From assembly GCA_016793885.1 (NCBI GenBank), contig JAEUHE010000016.1, positions 2,984-66,983 of the forward strand: 64,000 nt of DNA, written 5' to 3'. Shown piece after piece: positions 57,330-64,000 of the stretch (position 1 is its first letter; the number at the start of each line of letters is the position of its first letter). The notes under the pieces were generated by a model. It ran no database searches. It worked only from the letters and a program-made list of their open reading frames with translations, and was not told the DNA's origin. The stretch comes from Verrucomicrobiales bacterium. GTDB taxonomy: Bacteria; Verrucomicrobiota; Verrucomicrobiia; Limisphaerales; UBA11320. The position numbers and the translations under genes were made by a program.

Positions 57330-58645
57330 GCGGGCCAGCTACCTCCACCATGAAAGCGATCCATTCGGCAGAGGTGCGGGTAGGCACGTTCGCACGGCAG
57401 TTCCGCCTGAATTGGATCATGACATTGGTCACCGTTCTCATGAGCCACGGAGCCATTGCTCACGCGGTTCCCGCCCTGAAGAACGTCGCGGCTCTTACTA
57501 CGGTCTATCGCCACAATTCTCACGCCGATATCATCGTGAGCCGTCTCTTGCTCACCGATATGTTGGACGGAACGGGCAAAGATTCCCCGTTGAAGCTGGT
57601 CTCGCTCTATACGGATCAGAGACCGGCGAATGATATCAGCCGTCTCCTCGCTGCGTCGCATCGATTTCGAGTCTACTCCAACATTGCTGATACGCTTACC
57701 TTGGGAACAGGGAAGCTGGCGGTCGAGGGAGTTCTGCTGATCGCCGAGCATGGCGATTACCCACGCTCGCCTACTGGCAACACCCAGTATCCGAAACGAA
57801 GGTTTTGGGATGAGATGATCCAGGTATTTCGTGACAGTGGACGAGTCGTTCCGGTGTTCGTTGATAAGCATTTGGCGGATAACTGGATTGATGCGAAGCA
57901 CATTTATGATACCGCTCGCGAGCTCAAGATTCCCCTCATGGCCGGATCTTCGGTGCCCGGTTCGTGGCGGCATCCAGCGGTGGACGTAGACAGGGATGCC
58001 GATCTCAGTGAAGTCGCGATTATCAGCTATGGATCTACCGACCACTACGGGTTTCATGCTCTGGAATGTCTTCAATCCGTTGTGGAACAACGACGGGGCG
58101 GCGAAACTGGCGTCAAGGCGGTTCAATGCGTCACCGGGGATTCCGTTTGGACAGCTTTGGGAAACAAGCGAGTGGATCCCGAGCTGTTTCAGTCGGCTCT
58201 CGGTCGAGTTAGTTCTGGGAATCTGAGTCCGACTCTGGTTCGTGAGCGCGTGAAGCAACCGATACTCTGGCTGGTGGAGTATAAGGATGGTCTTCGCGCC
58301 TCCGTCTTGGAGATGAACGGTGCTGCGAACGGATGGGCTGGAGCCTGGCGATACCGCCAAGGTGGACGTATGGATTCGACGCAGTTTTGGACACAGGAGG
58401 CCCGGCCAGGCGCTCACTTTACTCTGCTTCTCAATGGCATCGAGCGAATGATGCTAACGGGGAATCCCTCCTGGAACGTGCAGCGCACCTTGATAAGCAG
58501 TGGCTTGTTGGATGCTCTGCTGCAGTCCTGTAGCCAAGGCGGAAAGCGGCTTGAGGTACAGCACCTCGAGTTCGGTTATCAACAGAACTGGCGGTGGACG
58601 GATCCTCCACCACCTCCTCCGAGTCGGCCTTGGGGTGAACAGTAG
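57326..58645 (+). CDS. Hypothetical protein, translationally coupled to the ThuA-like gene (possible distant Gfo/Idh/MocA-like fold)
   Basis: Start ATG 57326 overlaps the upstream stop (ATGA). The amino-acid composition is normal, unlike the 378-aa antisense ORF. The LAVEGVLLIAEHGDYP and IPLMAGSSVP segments are reminiscent of oxidoreductase-like proteins, but I saw no GxGxxG. Confidence 0.7.
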   Translation: MSGPATSTMKAIHSAEVRVGTFARQFRLNWIMTLVTVLMSHGAIAHAVPALKNVAALTTVYRHNSHADIIVSRLLLTDMLDGTGKDSPLKLVSLYTDQRPANDISRLLAASHRFRVYSNIADTLTLGTGKLAVEGVLLIAEHGDYPRSPTGNTQYPKRRFWDEMIQVFRDSGRVVPVFVDKHLADNWIDAKHIYDTARELKIPLMAGSSVPGSWRHPAVDVDRDADLSEVAIISYGSTDHYGFHALECLQSVVEQRRGGETGVKAVQCVTGDSVWTALGNKRVDPELFQSALGRVSSGNLSPTLVRERVKQPILWLVEYKDGLRASVLEMNGAANGWAGAWRYRQGGRMDSTQFWTQEARPGAHFTLLLNGIERMMLTGNPSWNVQRTLISSGLLDALLQSCSQGGKRLEVQHLEFGYQQNWRWTDPPPPPPSRPWGEQ

Positions 58646-58665
58646 ATGCTTTGGGGTAAGGTGGC

Positions 58666-60636
58666 CTATCGGCTGTCAGCGACTTGTCTGGCTGCGGTGC
58701 CCCACATCCAGCGCCGGTTCAGGAGTGCGCCGATCAGCAGAAGCCCCAACCCCAGAAAGGCTGGGAGTAAATGGATCCATTCAACATAGCCAACGATGAA
58801 GTGAACTCCGATCGCGGGCGCATAGGAAAGGATCCCGCCCCAAACTAAAGTATGCCAAAGCCAGGCCTCGCCCCGCCGCACGCCCCAGAGTGAGGCGAGG
58901 AGATACAAGACCCCGGCGGCGGCGAGCATGCCGCCTAGCGTTGCGCGATCATGGGCGACCAGTGGTAAGACCCTTGGTGCGATCTCTCTTATTGTCGTCG
59001 AGGAAACGCCTAGGAAGCTTTCATCGGTGGCCACCAAGACCTCCCCGATACCCACCGTGCAAATGATTCCTCCTGCAGCCAGCAGACCGAGCCCGTGGAT
59101 CACCCAGAGTAGTTGGCCCCACTGGCCTCTCCGCCACTCAGCGGTCTCGCAGAGCTCTGGGGCGTGATGGTGCACTATAGGTAGCTGTTGTCCCACCAGC
59201 GCCTGAATGAAGAGTTGGAAGAGTATGGCGGTTACAAAGGCGTGGAAGGGATCAAAGTAATCGAACCCAAGAAACAAGAAGAACGAGAAGAAACCCACCC
59301 CAGCAGAACATTGGGTGGCGACGTGACTCCAGTGCTGGCCCCGGCGTCCTCCGAACCAGGCGAAGGCAGCATAGAGCAGCCCGATGGTCAACATGGTGCC
59401 CGCCAGGCTCACTCGGTCGTGAGCCATGAAAGGCAGAAGCTTTGGGTTCAGGGCCACGAGCTGGTTGCGAGTCAGACCGCAATAGACCTCGTCGTAAGGC
59501 ATGACCACCTTACTTGATGCGATCCAAAGTGCCATTAAACCACCCGTCAACATCCCGACCCCGAGCATCAATGTCCAAAACCAGGAGCAACGAAAAACAC
59601 CCGGTGCAGGGGTTGAATCATGTGTGCTTGATGCGTGCGATCGATGCTCCAGGACGGCTTCATTGATTCTTTTGGCTAGACCCGGTCCCGAATAGATCAG
59701 ACCGCTGTCGATCAATGCAACGTCAGCCCCTGCCCGCAGTAGTTCTAGTGCATCGGCGGGGCAGTGGATGCCACCGGAGACGATCAGGCCGAAATTCGAG
59801 TCACCTCCCTGGCGAAACTCGCGGATGGCAGCGAGTTGCTCCGGGACCGCTCGCGTCCCGTAGGTCAGGGTCGATCTGGTGTCCGCGCGCGATTCGAGTA
59901 CGAGTCCGACCACTCCCGCGTTCAAGGCCGCATCACGCACCGCGTTCCACAGCGACAATCGCTCTGGGGCTAGCACCCAGTAAATTCGTGCAGCGGTTGT
60001 GCAAGTAGAGCGGTGTTTTGAGAGAGCCTCCCAAAACTGCCGCCACTCGTTAACTTGCCAATGCGTTCCTCCGGCAGGCGCACTGCGATCCACTGAGAAT
60101 GCCGCCGTCTTGAATCTCAAGGTTTCCATGGAGCGATCCAGGCAGGTGGCCGCTTCTAATGGAGTTTGGTGATCGGCAATCCAGAGTCTAATCCACAGCG
60201 GGGTTTGGACGCCTGCTGGGAGTTCACTAAGCCGAAGGGCCAAATCTTCGGCGGAAAGGGTGAGCGGAGGTGTTCCTTCTGTGATCGTTTCTGTGGCGGA
60301 GTTCCTGGCGAGATGGTTGGAGTTCCCAGTCTCACTCGAAACCGGTCCGACTTCGATGAGCCCAAAACCAAACCTCGACCAGGCTCGAATCGCCTCACCG
60401 CTCGGATCCACAAGATGACCGAGGCCTACAGGTCCAGGAATCATGGTCCCACCGCACGAGGCTCGCAACGACTCGGGTGGATGCATGTGCCCGAGGAGGT
60501 CGATGAAGGTGGCGCCTAAGCCGAGAGGCAGTCTGCCGACCACGGACATGAACTCCACGGCGAATCGTTGCGCTTGCCTCGGCGGCAACGCGAAGAGCAT
60601 GGGACGTGAAATGGTGCGATAGAACCAGTCGGGCAT
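58666..60636 (-). CDS. Dihydroorotate-dehydrogenase-like TIM-barrel domain fused to an internally duplicated polytopic membrane domain
   Basis: ORF 58666..60696, trimmed to ATG 60636 (MPDWFYRTISRPMLF). DHODH-like blocks are GFGLIEVGPVS and IVSGGIHCPADALELLRAGADVALIDSGLIYSGPGLAKRI. The C-terminal ~300 aa are hydrophobic and carry two homologous halves. Confidence 0.8.
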   Translation of the reverse strand: MPDWFYRTISRPMLFALPPRQAQRFAVEFMSVVGRLPLGLGATFIDLLGHMHPPESLRASCGGTMIPGPVGLGHLVDPSGEAIRAWSRFGFGLIEVGPVSSETGNSNHLARNSATETITEGTPPLTLSAEDLALRLSELPAGVQTPLWIRLWIADHQTPLEAATCLDRSMETLRFKTAAFSVDRSAPAGGTHWQVNEWRQFWEALSKHRSTCTTAARIYWVLAPERLSLWNAVRDAALNAGVVGLVLESRADTRSTLTYGTRAVPEQLAAIREFRQGGDSNFGLIVSGGIHCPADALELLRAGADVALIDSGLIYSGPGLAKRINEAVLEHRSHASSTHDSTPAPGVFRCSWFWTLMLGVGMLTGGLMALWIASSKVVMPYDEVYCGLTRNQLVALNPKLLPFMAHDRVSLAGTMLTIGLLYAAFAWFGGRRGQHWSHVATQCSAGVGFFSFFLFLGFDYFDPFHAFVTAILFQLFIQALVGQQLPIVHHHAPELCETAEWRRGQWGQLLWVIHGLGLLAAGGIICTVGIGEVLVATDESFLGVSSTTIREIAPRVLPLVAHDRATLGGMLAAAGVLYLLASLWGVRRGEAWLWHTLVWGGILSYAPAIGVHFIVGYVEWIHLLPAFLGLGLLLIGALLNRRWMWGTAARQVADSR

Positions 60637-61051
60637 GTAAGACGAAGGAGATAAGAGCGTAGAGTCGCCGATTGGGGCAAGTAGCAACTCCCGCACGCCA
60701 TTCCACGTGACGACCTTGAATTAGCCCTGTCTGAAATAATGAACAGGGCCTCCGCTTTCAGCCTAAGTCCGGAAGAAGGTTGGGCCCAAATCAGTTACCT
60801 TAGTTCAGGTTGTAATTCAGGTTGCATATGAGAGCTGCCGTAGAGAATCCTTCCGTTCCGCTAAATACTCATCCTCCCCGTCGTTCGGAAACCCTCCCTT
60901 GGAAGATCACTTGGCTGTGGGTGGAGAAGAAACTGCAAGAGTCACGGGCTATCAGCGAAGCGCGGGTGCCCGCTGGTTCCAACCCGACATCGTCGGCTTC
61001 CTAATATCGTATCGTCTGAGGTGCCGGAGTCCGAATCGACGGCGCTCGGGG

Positions 61052-62251
61052 TTAGGATGTTGACAAAGAACCGCCTTGCCGCTGGATTTCCTCGTCCAGC
61101 CTTTGCCAGCAATACCACTGCATGCGGGGGAGATGGAACGGTCCTTTCCAGATGTTGCCCTTGAGTCGAGTGGAGATGGAGCCGTCGCGGTGGAGGTAGC
61201 CGTACCATTCGCCGTGAACAGGGTCAGGAAAGTGACTGTATGACCAGTCATGAATCTTGCGATGCCAATCGGCGAACTTGACCTCGCCGGTCATCAGGTA
61301 AGCGAGTAGATTGCCAATGATCGCCTCGTTGTGCGGCCACCAGAATTTCATGTCATGCCAGTATTCGGCACAGGGGAGGTTCTTCACATCGCGAAAGTAG
61401 AGGATGCCGCCGTGCTCCGTATCCCAGCCCCAGTTCGTCATCCACTCGACGATGGTGGCGCCCAAGCGGGTGATTTTCTCGTGCCCGCCGCGTTGGCGCG
61501 CCTCCTCCAGCAGAAACCAGCCGGCCTCGATGGCGTGCCCCGGATTGATCAGGCGTCCGTCGAAGGTGTCGATCAACTCTCCTCCCGGCCCCACGGTTTC
61601 CATCAAGCAGCGCAGTTCGGGTTTCAAGAAATCGCGCTCGATCTCGTTCACGCAGCGATCGATCACTTCCGTGCACAGTGGATCCCCCGTGGCTTTTCGG
61701 AGTTCCTGCGCAGTGACTATCAGAATCATGGGCATCACCAGTCCCTTCATAGGTCTGGTGTCCGGATTGATTTTTGGTTCGCCTTGAAATTGGAGTACTG
61801 AGCGGAAGAGGGCGAGCGCTTGACGACGGCATCCTTCATCGTTGGCGGCTTTTCCATAAGCTGCCAGAGCGATGATCGCAAAGAGCTCCGAGAAGCAGTA
61901 ACGGCGCTTTCTTAGCGGCCGACCGTCTCGAGTCACCAGGAAGAACATGCGGCCGTCGGTGTCAAAGCAATGGCGGTTGATGAAGTCGATTCCGTGCTTG
62001 GCATATTCCAGCCACTCGGGCCGCGGCTCAACGGTCTGATAGAGAGTGGACAATAGCCACGCAAGCCGACCTTGGAACCACACCGATTTGTCGGTTTGCA
62101 GCACGGCTCCATCCTCACCCAGCGCCGTCAGATAGCCGCCCTGCTCTCGATCAATGCAGCGGGGCAACCAAAAGGGCAGGGTGTTCTGCAGCAAGCCGTC
62201 GCGATAGACGGAACGATACCGGTCGAGGTCCTGGAGGCTGAGCCCGTCCAT
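61052..62251 (-). CDS. AGE-family (N-acylglucosamine 2-epimerase-like) epimerase/isomerase
   Basis: LPFWLPRCIDREQGGYLTAL...DKSVWFQGRLAWL..., and WDTEHGGILYF...KFWWPHNEAI. The size (399 aa) is typical of the (alpha/alpha)6 barrel. Confidence 0.85.
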   Translation of the reverse strand: MDGLSLQDLDRYRSVYRDGLLQNTLPFWLPRCIDREQGGYLTALGEDGAVLQTDKSVWFQGRLAWLLSTLYQTVEPRPEWLEYAKHGIDFINRHCFDTDGRMFFLVTRDGRPLRKRRYCFSELFAIIALAAYGKAANDEGCRRQALALFRSVLQFQGEPKINPDTRPMKGLVMPMILIVTAQELRKATGDPLCTEVIDRCVNEIERDFLKPELRCLMETVGPGGELIDTFDGRLINPGHAIEAGWFLLEEARQRGGHEKITRLGATIVEWMTNWGWDTEHGGILYFRDVKNLPCAEYWHDMKFWWPHNEAIIGNLLAYLMTGEVKFADWHRKIHDWSYSHFPDPVHGEWYGYLHRDGSISTRLKGNIWKGPFHLPRMQWYCWQRLDEEIQRQGGSLSTS

Positions 62252-62287
62252 TTTGTCAGGGGATGGGTCGAGTGTGAGGCAGGTTTA

Positions 62288-63748
62288 CTAAGCGATCACC
62301 TGTTTAACCACCTCGCCTGCGACGTCGGTAAGTCGGAAGTTTCGGCCGTTGTGAAAGTAGGTCAAGCGTTCGTGATCGAATCCAAGCAGGTGCAGGATGG
62401 TTGCGTGGAGATCGTTGACGCTCACTCGGTCCTGGGCTGCCTTGTGACCAATTTCGTCCGTGGATCCGAAATGGGTTCCCGCCTTGGTTCCTCCCCCCGC
62501 GAGCCAGTAGGTAAAGGCATGCGGATTGTGATCCCGTCCAGGATTCTTGCCCTTTTGCGACATGGGTAATCTCCCAAACTCTCCTCCCCAAATGACCAGC
62601 GTTTCGTCCAGCAAACCCCGCTGTTCCAGGTCGGCCAAGAGCCCCGCGATGGGTTGATCCGTTTCCCGAGCAAACCCGCGGTGGTTGCCCACAATATCCT
62701 CATGCCCATCCCAACTGCGTTGGTTTTCCATACCTCCGGAGTAGATCTGAACGCAGCGGACACCTCGCTCCACCATGCGTCGAGCCATCAAGCATTGCGC
62801 CGCGAAGTGGCGGCAATGTTTTTGGTCGAGACCGTACAGCCGCTTGAGGTGCTCAGGCTCACGTTCGACGTCGAAGGCTTCCGGAGCGGCCGTCTGCATT
62901 CGATACGCGAGTTCGAAGCTCTCGATCCGGGCGCTGAGTTCACTCTCCGCCGGAGATCGCGCCAGCCGTTGACGGTTGAGCTTGGCCAGTAAATCCAGTT
63001 GAGCCCGTTGGGCGGGATCACCCATGCCGCCCGGCGGCTTGAGGTTATCGATCGGTTCCCCCTTGGGTTTGAGCCAGGTGCCCTGAAAGACGCTGGGCAA
63101 AAAGCCGGCGCCCCAGTTGCTGGCATTGCCCTTCGGCAGCCCTCGATCCAGGGGATCGCTCATGACCACGAAAGCGGGAAGGTTGCGGCTTTCGCTCCCT
63201 AGGCCGTACGTGACCCACGACCCCACGCACGGCCAGCCCATGCGCGTCGTTCCCGTGTTGATCATGAACAGGGCAGGGCTATGATTGTTGGACTCTGTGT
63301 GGCAGGAATGAATAAAAGCCATCTTGTCCACCTGCTGCGAGAGGTACGGGAACAGGTCGCTAGCCCAGGTTCCGCTCTGCCCGTGTTGAGCCCAGCCGAA
63401 CGGGGATTTCATCAGCGGTCCCACCGAATCCACGAAAAACCCGGTCTTTTTGTCGAAACCCTCAAGCTCCTTACCATCTCGCTTCGCCAGCTCGGGCTTG
63501 TAATCCCAGGTGTCCACCTGGCTGGGGCCTCCGTTCATGAACAGCCAGATGACGGACTTGGCTTTGGTGGGGAAATGGGCCGGATGCGGTGCCAGGGGGT
63601 TGGCTGCGGCAGCCTTGGCCGAGGGAAGCAGCAGCCCGGAATCCTGGAACAACGCTGCCATGCCCAGAAGCCCAGCCCCGCCGCCTGAACGGAGCAACAT
63701 CTGCCGACGGTTGATCAGGGACGGGTCATTCGACATAGACGAATTCAT
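62288..63748 (-). CDS. DUF1501 family protein, Tat-signal type N-terminus
   Basis: MNSSMSNDPSLINRRQMLLRSGGGAGLLGMAALF; LVIWGGEFGR, GRDHN, WLAGGG. Its start overlaps the end of the upstream DUF1553 gene (alternative ATG at 63736). Confidence 0.9.
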   Translation of the reverse strand: MNSSMSNDPSLINRRQMLLRSGGGAGLLGMAALFQDSGLLLPSAKAAAANPLAPHPAHFPTKAKSVIWLFMNGGPSQVDTWDYKPELAKRDGKELEGFDKKTGFFVDSVGPLMKSPFGWAQHGQSGTWASDLFPYLSQQVDKMAFIHSCHTESNNHSPALFMINTGTTRMGWPCVGSWVTYGLGSESRNLPAFVVMSDPLDRGLPKGNASNWGAGFLPSVFQGTWLKPKGEPIDNLKPPGGMGDPAQRAQLDLLAKLNRQRLARSPAESELSARIESFELAYRMQTAAPEAFDVEREPEHLKRLYGLDQKHCRHFAAQCLMARRMVERGVRCVQIYSGGMENQRSWDGHEDIVGNHRGFARETDQPIAGLLADLEQRGLLDETLVIWGGEFGRLPMSQKGKNPGRDHNPHAFTYWLAGGGTKAGTHFGSTDEIGHKAAQDRVSVNDLHATILHLLGFDHERLTYFHNGRNFRLTDVAGEVVKQVIA

Positions 63749-64000
63749 TGAGATTCAAAACCACTTGAGCGAAGTCCGTGAGTGCCAGGTCCTCTGCGTC
63801 GGATTTATTTTCCGAGCGATAGCGAGTGAGCTGAGTCTCGATAAACCTGACCGATTCCAGGGTCTCCTGCCGGGTGGGCCGGCGGTTGAGGGCGAGTGAA
63901 TAGGCCTTCGCCACGCGTTCACTGTGAGACATTGGTTTTGCCCCCTTCACACGCTGGCCGAAGAGGGAAGCCCACCCTCGAACTGCGGGGCTGTTCATCA
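63726..64000 (-). CDS. C-terminal end of a DUF1553/PSD1-type protein (5' part lies outside the window)
   Basis: The frame is open to the window edge. The tail ...LALTDFAQVVLNLNEFVYVE matches the C-termini of the two complete PSCyt/DUF1553 proteins (…LLNLDEALTKE; …GSNRFLYLD). Confidence 0.8.
   Translation of the reverse strand, partial: MNSPAVRGWASLFGQRVKGAKPMSHSERVAKAYSLALNRRPTRQETLESVRFIETQLTRYRSENKSDAEDLALTDFAQVVLNLNEFVYVE

Noticed and set aside
60804-60824. Direct repeat TTCAGGTTG-taa-TTCAGGTTG in the AT-richer region upstream of the DHODH-like gene
   Set aside because: These are only two 9-nt copies. They may be a regulator site, but that is too little evidence to distinguish from chance without comparative data.
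1-64000. Search for CRISPR arrays, cas genes, transposases, integrases, phage genes, toxin-antitoxin pairs, reverse transcriptases (retron/DGR), and rRNA/tRNA genes
   Set aside because: I found no regularly spaced short direct repeats. No ORF carried motifs for these families. The internal repeats in the lectin gene are ordinary domain duplications without an associated RT or template repeat.

Overview
Gene-dense 64-kb chromosomal segment, roughly 60% GC by eye, with about 35 confident CDSs. The family content points to a PVC-superphylum bacterium (Verrucomicrobiota or Planctomycetota); this is an inference. That content is three PSCyt1/DUF1549/DUF1553 haem-protein + Tat-DUF1501 gene pairs, a Pirellula/Verrucomicrobium-type dehydrogenase/haem protein, DUF2723, and many FG-GAP/ASPIC-UnbV (CRTAC1-like), LamG and lectin/Ig exported proteins. 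Housekeeping genes (acnA, cysK, aroE, rbsK, tsaC/sua5-type) are interspersed. I recognised no rRNA, tRNA, CRISPR array, transposase, integrase or phage gene, so this does not look like a classical mobile or defence island. The candidates most worth a second look are listed here. (1) A stand-alone KAP-family P-loop NTPase with a Clp-N-like N-terminal domain, a roughly 415-aa TM/coiled-coil insertion and a C8 tract in its 5' region (52.8-56.1 kb). (2) A 17-kb same-strand cluster that embeds a PSCyt/DUF1501 pair between FG-GAP/CRTAC1-type propellers and a triple lectin/Ig protein (6.9-23.7 kb). (3) A 1946-aa fusion protein flanked by two direct copies of a ~230-bp hairpin repeat (42.2-48.6 kb). 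(4) A 482-bp nested inverted-repeat element (23.8-24.3 kb). (5) A degenerate DHODH-like domain fused to an internally duplicated membrane module (58.7-60.6 kb). (6) An ECF sigma / anti-sigma / DUF2723 operon. Novelty cannot be established from the sequence alone, and every functional statement beyond motif recognition is inference. Family names are recalled from memory; no database was searched.
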